From: Nymphaea colorata
Lineage: Eukaryota
Length of the DNA stretch: 64,000 bases
Reading direction: 5' to 3'
Assembly: GCF_008831285.2 (NCBI RefSeq)
Contig: NC_045138.2
Coordinates: 29,264,001-29,328,000 of the forward strand
The notes below the pieces were generated by a model. That model was not told where the DNA came from. It saw only the letters and a program-made list of their open reading frames with translations, and did no database searches. Both the position numbers and the translations under genes were made by a program. Below, in pieces: positions 25,901-38,146 of the stretch (positions within the stretch are counted from its first letter, which is position 1; every line of letters begins with the position of its first letter).

Positions 25901-27698
25901 GTAGCCAATCCAAGGAGGACGCACGTCAGTTTTTAACTTTATCTTAAAATATGTTAAGATATTTTCTGATTTTTAGTTAATTTATTATATATTTTCATTT
26001 TTTTCAAAAATAAGTTGTTGCACAACCCTGTGCAGGAAACAAATATACGTTCCTAGGAAAAAGAGAGAGAGTTGGGCTATTTCAAAACTTTTTTATAATA
26101 AAAATTGTACTTTTTAGTCTTTTTACTTTTGAACTTGGATATTTTTCATCATTTGCTACTCTAATTCTCCCACTCAAGCTCTTTAACCACCTCATTTAGT
26201 TTGTGATATCAAATGAGCCAAGGCAGAGCTCGAAGTCTCAACTTCCACTTAGCGCAATGTAGAGCTCATTTGTAACAGAATCATCATCTTAACCAAGGTG
26301 AGGCAACGTTGTTATGAACCAAACCAATCCTATCTATGAGACATCCGGCCCTGCCCATACTATGGCTTGTTCGAGCGTAGAACAGCAAAATATATTGAGA
26401 ATCATATTCAGTTCAGATACAGTATATAAGGACCATTTGCAACCTAAAGCGCTGCAGAAAGCACATAGAAACTTCTAGAAAAACTGCGATATATTCTTGG
26501 CTGTATCATGTGACATAGAGAAGGACATGTTACTAACTATACCACTTACAAAAGTTCAATCCACTTTGCCAATGTCAAAGTGGATTGAAATAAACCCCAG
26601 TGAAATACAGCATTTCAGGGAACTTTCCCAGCCCAATTTCCATCCTATCTGTGCTTACCTCAGTTCTTGTCCCTGATCCAGTCTGAGTATGCTAATAGGA
26701 CCTGTTGTCATGCTTCATCTCCTCCATCTACTTTTCAACTTCTTCAGATTTTCCAGACAAAAAGGAATGCATACAACTTGTGCCTATAAGAGTTTACCGA
26801 ATTGCAGAATTTGGTGTATCCAGGGGAAGGTGACAAGATCACTTATCTCGATGACATGTAAGGTGAAAACCTAAAGGAAGCAGAGATGTGCTTCATATTC
26901 AGCACATGTAACCCCGATGATTTAGGAAATAAGTTAAAACTACTATATCGCATAACCTGATCATTCTTAATTCACTGTTGCAGATGCTAAAATTTTTTGT
27001 TGATCTGCACCGCCCTTAATGATACCACTTATCAAACTGCATCTTTAACAAGACAACAGAAAGATTTTCTCAGCTAATCTCACAAGGCCGGCAGGTTGTG
27101 TGATTATCAACTACTCAGGAGATGAGATTTCTTTCCCTTTTAGCTGCTGCGTGAGTTTCTCCTAAAGAAGGATGAGTATTACTGGTTCATCTTGGCTTTT
27201 GCGCAAAAACTGGTAAAATTGATTCAGAGCACACGTGCTTGTGAGGCTAGGATACACATATTCTCAGAACATATGATTCTGCAAAGTTTCTATGTTTCAA
27301 ATGTTGGAACATGCCTCAGAAACTTGACCAAAGCATCGTAAAACCCTACTCCTAGGAATCTAAAAGTAAGATGCCAATTTGAAGGCAGCCTTTCCTCTGT
27401 CATGGGAAAGGAAAAAAGTGCATCATGTTTCTAAATTCTTTTACGAAGGTTATTGGTTCTTTGTCAAATCTATGGAACTCAGATTAGACTATTTATTTTC
27501 AACCCGTAAAGTCTGTAGATCCATAGTCAACAATTCTTAGCACACAACCTAGTTCTCTGTATAATGTCAAAACAAATCCAGCAGTAAACTTGAACGGTCT
27601 ATCGATAGACTACTAACGCAGTGCGTCTTCTCCTTCTCCTTTTTTCTTTTCTTTTTTTCTTTTTTCGGCTCTTTTATTGCCTCCCATATAGCTTTCTG

Positions 27699-27772
27699 TT
27701 CTCTGGCTTTTCACTTGTTTTTTCTATTCTCTGGCTTTCACTTGTTTTTTCTATTCTCTGGCTTTTTACTTT
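27699..27772. repeat. ~27-bp tandem repeat, about 2.5 copies
   Basis: TTCTCTGGCTTT(T)CACTTGTTTTT(T)CTA repeated. Confidence 0.8.
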
Positions 27773-28333
27773 TTTCCGCATCTTACTGTGAGCTCCTTCC
27801 AGTTGGCCCATGAGAAATACAAAATTGTGATGCCATTTAGCCAAAACATTTGTTGATCAATGAGAATTCAGTGGAAAGATTAAGACGTGGACACCCTCCA
27901 GAAATTACCGCAGCCTCTTCACGCTTCACATTCCCTGCTCTTCCTTGGTGTTTTGGCAGACATGAAAAGTTGGCACTGTTAGGAAATTCTCAGCATCCGG
28001 AACGGCCAGCAAAAAGGCAGAGTAAATAGTGCTGCTCCATTGATTTTTCCCGTTCGTCCGAAAGATGGACAGCAACTAACAAGCCACTTTTATCTACAAG
28101 ATCAACTATTGCTTGTGAAAGATCTACACGTTTCGACAGATTTGTGAAAAAATGACGGCAAGAATGGAATCTTTCAAGGAGATTGTCCAATTTCATTGAT
28201 GCATATACTTCCAAACCGACCACTTGCATTATTTTTTTTGGGTGGGTCCTATCCACTCAGCACCAACGAGTGTCTATCACTGCTTGTGGCCTTTCTGAAT
28301 GCACTCTCCATGGCAAAATCATTATAGCAGTTA

Positions 28334-28371
<38 letters not shown>

Positions 28372-28783
28372 TTGACGAGATGTCTCATGAAGGGATCAAA
28401 TTTCAATATCAGTTGCTTTCCACCACTTCTTTCATATCTTTCTTCAATATTAGTTCATTTCCACCACTTCTTTTATATCTTCGTTTTCAATTTTCTTTTG
28501 TTTTCTTCTTCGAGGTATCTGGAGGTTTTACACCGACGGCAACAGGAAGCAGAGCATGATAAACATGCATCATACAAACAACAAATCCAGAAAGCTCGAC
28601 AGTTTTCCATATTGGTGCGAGAAATAAGATCTTAGAAGATTAAAAACAAACAGAATCCATCTTTACGAAGCACACCAACATCAGAGAGCGTTCTTTCTGA
28701 ACTTGAAAGAGAATACAGAGGAAAACAGCTGCAACTGCAGCTCTCAGCAAAAGGAAACAAGAGCAGACTGTGGTTCGAATTCA

Positions 28784-30120
28784 TTACAGAGGGATATGTT
28801 CTGTGGGGCTCATGTAAACATTTCCGTAAATAAGCCCAGCCAGGCCACCTCCAATAAGAGGACCAACCCAGTAGATCCAGTTGTCTGTGAAGTCCCCACT
28901 GGCCACAGCCGGTCCGAAGGAGCGAGCCGGGTTCATTGAGCCACCAGAGAATGGACCAGCTGCTAGGATGTTGGCACCCACAATGAACCCAATGGCTATG
29001 GGTGCAATTGTGCCCAATGAGCCCTTCTTCGGGTCGACTGCAGTTGCATAGACGGTGTAAACCAATGCAAAAGTTATGATAATCTCCATTACGACTCCTT
29101 CAACTGCACCGACGCCGGCGCCCAGGCCATGAGTTGGAATAGCCTACAGTTCAACATGCAAATGATCAAATTAGCTTTAGAATCTCACAGATTACAGCAA
29201 GTTTGTCAGACATGGACTATGGAGTGGGCTGATGATCAAAATAAGCCTCACCAAGCCTCCTGTGACAGCCTTGAGTAGGAAGCAAGCTACAATGGCTCCA
29301 ACAAGCTGGGCAACCCAATAGAAGATGCCAGTGAGAATTGTGATCTGCCCCCCAAGAGCCAATCCAAAGGTAACAGCCGGGTTGACATGGCCACCGGAGA
29401 TGTTGGCACCGACGGAAACAGCCACGAACAAGGCAAAGCCATGGCAGACTGCAATAGCTACAAGTCCAGCAGGTTCTAGAGCTGCATCGCTTGTGAGCTT
29501 ATCTGCAAGATCAACAGCAGTTAAAATCTTGAAGTGTTTCAGTAACTTTCTTAGATCAACCCGACTTTTTCATGCTTACTGATTTACAGACTGTCAGGAA
29601 GGGAAGATCGATTAAGAAGGCAAATGGTTGAAACTTGAAAGCATGGAGAAACTAACTCGACCCAGAAGACAAGTCATGTATATATGAAAGCATTAGGATA
29701 TAATGATGTGTTAGTATGTGAAGCCTTGCATTAGCAACGTGTACAGATTCCTTGAAAGTTTTCCATCTTCATAACATTCACAAATGACAAGACAGCACCA
29801 ACCACAGAAGAACAACCATGAAATATATTATGATATTTCTTTTCTTTTTACTTCTGTAACAAATCAACGGCCATGGATGTGCTTGGAGAGTTCATCCAAC
29901 GGCCGTAGGTGCCGGGTGGTGCTATCATCCTATATATACCCAAGAAACAGTAGTCATTCACAAAAGTTTCATGTTCAGACAGAGAAAACTAACTGTAGGC
30001 AATTGCAGAACCGACGCCAGCGAATACAAAGAGCAGGGTGGAGATGAACTCAGCAAGGTAGGCCTTGAGAGAGGCAACATTAAAAGAGTCATCAAAGCGA
30101 CCAAAAGCAATCCAAGCCAT
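28784..30120 (-). CDS. TIP2-1: Tonoplast aquaporin TIP2 (delta-TIP); exons 30120-29994, 29502-29252, 29143-28784; 245 aa
   Basis: N-terminus [42 protein letters not shown]; two NPA motifs ([22 protein letters not shown]); H2 His (VCHG), loop-C His (IPTHG), H5 Ile and LE Gly/Arg fit the TIP2 ammonia-permeable filter. Phase-consistent GT-AG introns (127+251+360 nt). Confidence 0.96.
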
Positions 30121-30229
30121 AGATGATTTGCAGGGAAAAGAAAAAAGAAAGGAAGAACAGAAAAAAAAGGAAGAGGTGAAGGGTGCTAGAAGGAGCAAAA
30201 CCACATTCTTTGTTCCTCCAGTGTTGTGC

Positions 30230-30236
30230 TTTTATA
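30230..30236 (-). promoter_or_regulatory. Probable TATA box of TIP2
   Basis: TATAAAA on the minus strand ~110 nt upstream of the ATG, ahead of a CT-rich 5' leader. Confidence 0.55.
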
Positions 30237-30327
30237 CTGGAAACAGGCCACTGCAGACAGCACTATCCATGTCATTACAGTAACAATATTGATAATAATA
30301 AAAAGTTGAGGATATGTTTGAAGAAAA

Positions 30328-30440
<113 letters not shown>

Positions 30441-31312
30441 GGAAATTATAACTCTGTATCTACAATCATCTAGCCATCCAGTCATCTAATTCATATGAAA
30501 CAAATGGATGGTTGAGAAACATATGAAAAAAAAATGCAAACTAATATTAAATGATGAGAATGTCTCTCGCCTTTTTCTCTTTATTTTTTCTTAACTATTC
30601 ATCACGTTCAATCCAATGACTTTGATTAGAAGGTTAAGTGAATATATATATATATATGACTTATCCTGCAACTTCCAACCATCCCATTGGGCGGATCCTA
30701 TCTGTCACAAATATGCACAGACTCGACGGCTTGTCGGAAGTATCTGGAAGCATTATCTAACACACTCCCTATAGATTTGGGGACCATTGGCCAAATTATC
30801 TTCAAAGGTAAAGAAATATAATAACAGTAATAATAGTAATAATAATAATTCATTTCTACCATGCAAAGAAAATTGTTCTTTGTTTTTGTGGGCCCCTAAT
30901 TTCTGAAAAACTTCAGAACCCTTTTTTCTTTTCGCTTTTGGGTACCAAGTCATCCAGAGATGTCATTGATTGTGGTCTACATGAACTAAAACGACAATTA
31001 TTATATAGATTTTTTTTTATGGTGTGACTGAATTACGCTTACTTGTGTACAAGTTCCGGACGTTTAAAGATTAATTTTCACATCAAAATGTTACATTGTT
31101 GAGGAGGTGATGGTAATTACGTACTAGAAGTTAAACTAGTGTAGCCGATCTACCACCTTGGTTGAGCAGTACTGTGCAAAAAGAAGACTATTTCTTGACG
31201 GTAAAAAAAAAAGGTTTTATGAAAAATTGAATTTCTTTTTTAATTTCTTGTTTATGTATCAATAAAACATTGACAAAGAAGGCTCGCTATTAGAAAAAAA
31301 AAAGTTTTTTGA

Positions 31313-31447
31313 GGGGGCTGTTCAGCAATGACAACAGTTTCTATTTCATAAAATAGTGTTACATAATATTATATATATGAACCTATCTTAATCTTTAAGA
31401 CATGTTATGGTAATGTAACAAGTTGTTGTTATTACCAAACACCCACC
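31313..31447. mobile_element. Degenerate Tourist/PIF-Harbinger-like MITE
   Basis: Imperfect terminal inverted repeats GGCTGTTCAGCAATGACAAC / GTTGTTATTACCAAACACCC around an AT-rich core. Similar CAAAC-type ends occur at ~24970-24983, ~54100 and ~55650. Confidence 0.45.
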
Positions 31448-34400
31448 AAAAGTTAAATATCTACGCACGACTGTTTCACTTAACTAATCTTTTCTTGTAA
31501 TTCTCAAATTTAAGTGTTCCTTAGACGGAAAACAAAGGAAGTACATATTATTTCAAGAGGCGAAACCTAATCCATCACAATGTACGGGAACAAGGGAAAA
31601 CAAAAAAGCACATCAGCATCTTAATTTTCATGAGTTTTTTTAGGTCTTGTCTTTTGTTCATCATTGATCTGCAGACAATTATAGGAGAAAGGTTGGATTT
31701 AGTGCTTATCCCGGCTCATGGATCTATCGCCATTATTGTATTAATTGGCAGCTCACTGTTTCGTTTTTAACAGAAGTTGGGATTATACATACAGTCCCTC
31801 ACCAGTTCTTGCCAACTTATCTGCACTCCAATCCTGAACTCTTGACCAGCTTCTTCCTCTTAAAAATCTGTAAGTTGATGATCCTGATTTCGAGGTTTTT
31901 CCACCACCCAAGTGTAAGTAATCGAGTATTGATGCTTGAGCTCAGTTTTCTCGTGTTGATGCTTGAGCTCAGTTTTCTAGTGTAACAAATAAAAAAAAAC
32001 CAAAAAGAGAGAGGGAGAGAGAGAAAGAAAGGAGTCGAACCCCTAACTCGGTTTAAACACAGTCATTCTTCAATCTGAAAGTGCGATTGAGGTGAGCCAA
32101 AGGTTATCCGGAAGGTCCCCATTTCCCCGGTACCGAGTTTATATATTTTGACGCTTCCCAAGCTTAGGGATCCTCATGAATTTTCCTGTGGTTCTTTCTC
32201 ATTTTATTCATAATGTTCGAAGTGAAGAAATGGCAGTAGATATCTTCAGATATATGATAGAACGCTGGTCTTCCATCTTTTGGAACTTTCGTGATGAATG
32301 ATTCAGCCATGTGACAGACCCTGGCGTGCCTCGAGAGGATTCCAGTTGGCAACTGAAGCATGGTCCCAAGTGCTCTCGCTTTGTGAAATAAAGATAGCGA
32401 CATACCGTCCTTTCCTTCATCACTATCTACAGCCAGTGGACATCTATGATATTCAAAACACAAATGTTTTCTCAACTTAGTTTAATTTCACTTTCCGTTA
32501 TATATGTACGCCTATCTAGTGCAACTAGATCGAATGCTGTCATATTAATTTTGAGATGCAAATCGACTGTGAGTTTCTCAATCTTGGCAATTCTCACGAG
32601 TTTTATACTTGAAATAAGAACCAAAGGAGTATCGATGCTTCCATTTTCCTGTGAAATACAGAGGGTTCAAAAATTCTCTTATTCCACACAGATATGTTTG
32701 TGGGTGTGTAAAGCAATCATCTTATCTTTAAAAGATCTGATACATATATTTTTTTCTGGCAGTCCGTGGTAGTAATTTTTATAAGTTCTCAAATTTTGTG
32801 GAAGGTCCCGATGATCAGATATTAATGGTGGTAATAAGAGGCCTGCGTGTTCCAAATTTGTCATCACTGGATGGATCGCATATTCTGGTCAGTATCCGTT
32901 GATGCGGCTGGTGAGGCGGCCATGGCCAGCCGGTGGTCCTTGCTTTCCCTAGAGAAGACGAGAGAGACCTTGGCGGTTTGTCATTTACCGGAACGTCGAC
33001 AACAACGGCAGGCAACCTACCATGTTCTCTCCATCTCTTTTCCCCTTCTTACCTCTTTTTATCTCTTTTTTCTATTCCTATATATATATTATTTATTTGC
33101 TAGCCCTATCTGTACGGTTTACATATGAACCACTCGAATGCCACTCGTGATCATTTGTTTTAATCTTTTTTTCTATTGTCCTGAATCAAGTTTGAATGCA
33201 TGTAAACATGGAAACTTGAGTAAATTTCTTTTTTAAGAAATGAAAAGAAAAATAAGTGAAAGAAAGTAAGGAAGAAAGTGCATGAGACTAGTGTTAATTA
33301 GATCATTACTGTTGGGCACTTTACAATCTCTTTTGGGATGCAATTGAAGATTAGCATAATGAACACTTTTTCATGTTTTTTTATAAAAATGTTTCTGGCC
33401 TTCTAGTCTACCATGTCACAGAATATTTTCTGGCTATATGGCTCTGCCGATAAGTTGCTATCTTTTTGTGCCTATCAGCGTGCATCAGGTTTCTGTTTCT
33501 TTCGTTCTCTCTCTCTCAATCTCTTAGCAAGAAATATCAAAGTGACTATAGTTAGTGCCTTACCGTTTGATCAACTCTTAAGTGGAATCTCATTCTGGAA
33601 TTATGTTCATAAGAAACAAATTATATCAATAACTTTTAAGGAAACATTGCAATTTTTTATAAAAATAACATGCTTTTTTAGGACCATCAACTGAGCAGCT
33701 TTAGCTTTTTATAAAACCCTGCTCGCCCAAAACTACGCAGCTTTAGCCCTTTTCATTCCTATCTAAGCACAAAACTAAAAGAAACAAAAAAAAAAATTAT
33801 CCTGTCTCCATAGTCATAATTTAAATATGAATATTACTTTCATCAAATCATTTACACAAAAGAAGACCCCAAATATGAATATTTCAAGTTTCAGTTTCAA
33901 TAAAAACTCATTTTTCATAAAAGTAATGCTGTCACTTTATTGATTTTTGGCAGTTTTTGTCAGAAAAGTACTGTGGTTGTCAACTTTGGAAGGGTCTTGC
34001 TTAACTTGACAAAAATGTGAGGAAAAAGGTAAGGAATATTCAGCAGCGTGGCCATAAGGAAGGGCCCCATTTCACAAAAAATACATATTTTTTCATTTAA
34101 TCTAAAATATTTTTAAAATCCCAAAAAATTAAAGCGATACTTGGCGAGACAAATATGTTATGTCGATAAACAAACCGATACGACGCCGCATTTGCAACAT
34201 TGCTTGGAATAAACTTAATTGTATATGCATGACACGGAAACGCTCATTGGACCGAAGCCCAATTCCGATGCAAAGACATAAACCCTATTCGATTTCAACA
34301 TGAAAATATAAAATGCTAATTAATGTTACACCGACAATGGGTTTGCCTTATAGGCACATGTATTAAGAATGAATTTCTTAATTATAGTTAAACAGGAATT

Positions 34401-34947
34401 ACTACATGAGCTTCCAATAAGTTACAGATGTGCGTTAAATTTTACATGATCGATGTTCAACAGGAAGCACCATTATGGAAGAGAAATCTTATGTCTATGT
34501 GGGGGGGCACAGCTTTGCCTCACCTGCATTTTTTGATTTCCTGATGTAGTTTCCTGTTATTTGGACATTGATGAACAGATCTGCTCTTGTAATTAAACAC
34601 TAATCCTTTAGTTAAAATTGAATTAAATGATATTAATGTGTATGCCAATTGATTAAAATTAAGACATTTTCCCCCCTACGTTTAGGATTCAAGGCTGCAT
34701 CGAGGCTTAAATGGAAGGACTTTACGATTCACCGCCTTCAGCTTCCCCTGTGGGCTCAGACTGCTTCAGTGCTTAGGGTAGAGTTAGTGTAAACCTGGTT
34801 ATGTGCACACCCCTGTGCACGAAAATTGTGGACATGGATATATAATGACAAAGAAACTGTATCTAAACCTCAAATTGCCGTTCTCCTTCCTTGTAAATGG
34901 TGGCAGCTGACAGAATCCGAACTCAACCTCCATCTTTTCCGCTTTAC

Positions 34948-35169
34948 GTGGACTTGTAGAATGCCTTCCTTCACGGGCTCGTGTGGAGCAGCTTTGGCGA
35001 CCGCTGTGATCACCTTCATTCTCATGGTGTTCCGCCGGACAGGGATATTTCCGGTTGCCCGTTTGGAGGCAAAGCCCAAGAGTCGACGACCTTGCATCGC
35101 TTCAGGTGGTGCCAGAAACGATTAGTGCAGTCGCTAATGCCGTGAAGGAAGGCATTCTGGTACTCCGCA
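34948..35169 (+). ncRNA. Candidate pre-miRNA-like / siRNA fold-back hairpin
   Basis: Perfect 19-bp inverted repeat (34958-34976 with 35140-35158), an inner imperfect stem (34992-35011 with 35120-35139), further inner pairing, and a lower stem GUGGA/UCCGC. Many arm differences become G:U pairs on the + strand. It matches no conserved miRNA family I recognise. Confidence 0.4.
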
Positions 35170-35643
35170 GAATGAATTGTTAATAATGAATTGCTCCATA
35201 GATTTCCGACTGTTGCTCAGTTTCGTTCAGCCTTGACTTCCTTTAATTTTCGGTTTGGAATTGGTACAGGAACTAGTTAGTTTCACTTGATATAATGCAC
35301 GCTAATTTTGATGAACATCAACAACAACCAAATCTAATGCATGCTAATTTTTGTTAAACAGATGATGGTAATACATAATATGAGCAATCATCTTGCGTCG
35401 TTGTGCCTGGGTTGTGAGAGCTCTGAGCCAATTCTTGCTCAAACGACTATGCTGAACTGAAGATTTTAAGTGGATTTCTGATACCAGAAAAGAATGAGTA
35501 AGTACCTGGATTTCAAGGCTCTGACTGGTGGCAGTATGGATGAGCTACACACGCCTAGAGAGAGAAGAGAGAGAGTATATGTGGTGTTAATGATAAGGTT
35601 GAAAGACAATCACTTCTAAAGAGATTCAAGGAAATAATCTCAG

Positions 35644-35834
35644 CAAGATAAATCAAAATTAAATGATAAAGAGAAAGAAAATCTTTCTACAAAATCAGAT
35701 TTAGTTAATGTTTATTGTCAAATGGATGCCAATGTGAATTCCAACAAGATAAATCAAAATTAAATGATAAAAGGAAAGAAAATCTTTCTGCAAAATCAGA
35801 TTTAAATAATGTTTATCCTCAAATGGATGTCAAT
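35644..35834. repeat. ~101-bp tandem duplication inside the 5' LTR
   Basis: CAAGATAAATCAAAATTAAATGATAAA...CAAATGGATG(C/T)CAAT begins at 35644 and again at 35745. Confidence 0.85.
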
Positions 35835-36222
35835 ATCGCCTATTTAAACTCTTTCTTTCCATTGTTTAATCAAGGCTCCTGATAGCCTTCCATGGTGAAA
35901 AACCATGTATGGTTAATGCTTGTTTACTTTGTTTCTTTTATATTTTTTCAACATGGTATCAGAGCAGGAGAAAAAGGAAAGAATGAAGCCTATAGATGGG
36001 TTGCAAACGACCAAAGAGATCGTTGCCTTCTTCATCAAAGCAACGACTTATCCTTTTGAAGCAAAACTTTATGAAGCAAATTTGAGCTCACTAAATCACC
36101 GCCAAAGAGGTGGAATGATCAGCTTTTACAAAGTTCTGCAGCAAAATTGAACTTTTAGATCCATCTTCCAGTTTGAAGGAGGATGTTAATGATAAGGTTG
36201 AAGGTAGTTTTTTCGGCAAGAT

Positions 36223-37530
36223 CTCTCCTTATAGGTCCATCAAAATGTGCTTGTGATTGAATACCAAAAGGTAACTGATTGGTGGTGTTCTTAGACCTTC
36301 TCCAGGAAGAAATTTCCAGAGACCCACTACTAGTCGGATCAGATTGAGCAACAGCTGGGGAGGTACCAGCCAAAGAAGTTGGCCTTATGTCTCTTCCAGT
36401 ATTGATCACTGCAACATTCATCTTCAGCATTTCTGTATCTTTTAACCATAATTCCTTTTGTCTCTTCTGTTCTGGCAAAACAAATGCTGGGGGTTCACGT
36501 GATTTACTAAAATCAACTGGGTCATTATTCTAACACTCTGCAAAAGTGGAGCACATGTGCTTTTGTAATGCTCTTTGATTCCGTTGCATTCTGATTCCAA
36601 AAAATCCAATAATGCAATCCTTTAGCAGTCCAACAGGATTTGGATCCACGACACGTTGTCTGGCTCGAACTTCACCAGGACAGACCCCTGACACTCTAAA
36701 GCCGGAAGTTGCAATGTCCTTATGAAAGGATGCTTCATACGTGACCCTGCTTTCTGGTGACTGTGGAACCCATCTGCTGAATATATGCCTGATTTTTTAT
36801 GTCCACTCTTTGCATTTGCACTATACCCAGTGCCAAAAGTTAGTTTTACCTCACTCTCAAGTACAAGATCACGATCAGGAACTTTTACCTCCTCTACTGA
36901 CAATTCCTCATCTTCAATGTCAATATATTCATCAGCTGGAAGTTGAAGGTCAACAGATCTCCGTGCACTCTTGTTCCTTTGCAGATTAAGAGGTTCACAG
37001 GTTTCTTGCTTAATACTATGGGTTGGAGTAGTTACTGTATGTATGCCATTCTCCTTTAAAAGATCCAAAGGAGAGCATGTCCTTTTGATGTCTGAAACAG
37101 AGTGTCTACTGGAACTTGAGCATGCAACGGATGCCAGAGACGCTTGTCAAGATCTAGATGGATCAGCAGACTTTATTTGGAAAAGATGGTGGCCATCAAA
37201 CATGGCTTCCATCTGTAAGGAGTATGTGCTTGCTTTGTTCCTTCTCAAGTCATCCATCAAATCCTTCTATACTCGATATAGGCGATGCAATTCACTGACC
37301 TGCTTCCGAAATATGGCTTCATGCTCGAGCATTGTCTGTTTGAGTACCTCCTTATCATATTTGGAATAACCATCTGCACTCTGCTGCACGAAACCATTAC
37401 AGTATTGTCCCCCAGTAAAGATCACGTCTTCATAAAATTGTGAGCAAATAGTACTCCTAACATCATCATTCAGATCCTTCATGTGGCAATACCCAGGCAG
37501 GCATCTGTCACATTGTACTTTTGCTCCCAT
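36223..37530 (-). pseudogene. DUF863-family plant gene, 5' fragment, pseudogenised
   Basis: MGAKVQC...LPGYCHMKDLN...YDKEVLKQTMLEHEAIFRKQVSELHRLYRV*KDLMDDLRR...DLQLPADEYID are DUF863 N-terminal motifs. In-frame stops at 37267-37269 (likely CAG>TAG) and 37147-37149 (likely TGG>TGA). The frame ends at 36622 and the conserved C-terminal part is absent. Confidence 0.85.
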
Positions 37531-37984
37531 TCCTACCGACAGAATAGTAGGCACCACTAATACTAGCTGAGGTGAGATGAATAAAATCTTATGAAGACAT
37601 ATTTCCACCAGCAATTATGGTCAGACTCCAGTTCTTGAAACTCATCGCCATCATCAGGCTCTAACATCATATCAAGCTCTTCTTATGGTCTGGCTAGAGC
37701 ATGTTGATCTTCATTATGGTTGCACTATCAGCATTCATGTTGACAGACTTTCAGTTTACCTCCTCACATCGCTTTAGATGCCATCAGTGTCCGAGACCCA
37801 CAGAAGGGAGACAGGAGTGGGAGCCGATTCACTGCCAAGCCCCCAGCCTCGTACGGCCCCGAACACATGGCCCTCGCTTTCTTCCCGGAAGACAATGCAC
37901 CAAAAGGAGGACCAGACCACCAAGGGACGTCGCCCGGCGCCAGCGTCTCAGTCCCAACCGAAGGCCTGGTCGCCACCCTGCTTT

Positions 37985-38146
37985 CACTGGCTAAGGCAGA
38001 AAAATTCGTTGGAGGGGCACATGTTTAGAAACATTTGTATCTATGTATAAAAGTAAATGTTAAACTTTTCAATGTAAAAGCACATGAATTTTAAAGAACC
38101 GGAGTGGGCAACTGCCCACCCTGGCCCACATGTGGCTACGCCACTG
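37985..38146. mobile_element. hAT-type MITE (CAGTGGCG-type termini), degenerate
   Basis: Left end CACTGGCTAAGGCA, right end TGGCTACGCCACTG. Flanking 8-mers CCTGCTTT (37977-37984) and CCTGCTAC (38147-38154) look like a decayed 8-bp TSD. Related ends occur at ~12722, ~39444 and ~55392-55403. Confidence 0.65.

Noticed and set aside
35477..35486. Minus-strand TGGTATCAGA, a second PBS-like site
   Set aside because: Not preceded by an LTR-terminal CA and only 10 nt match.
35563..35577. AGAAGAGAGAGAGTA matching the start of miR529
   Set aside because: Low-complexity GA tract, 3' end differs, and no star arm.
38011..38030. GGAGGGG followed by TGTTT as PPT and start of a 3' LTR
   Set aside because: Lies inside the 37985-38146 MITE; the LTR start matching 35585 is at 36184.
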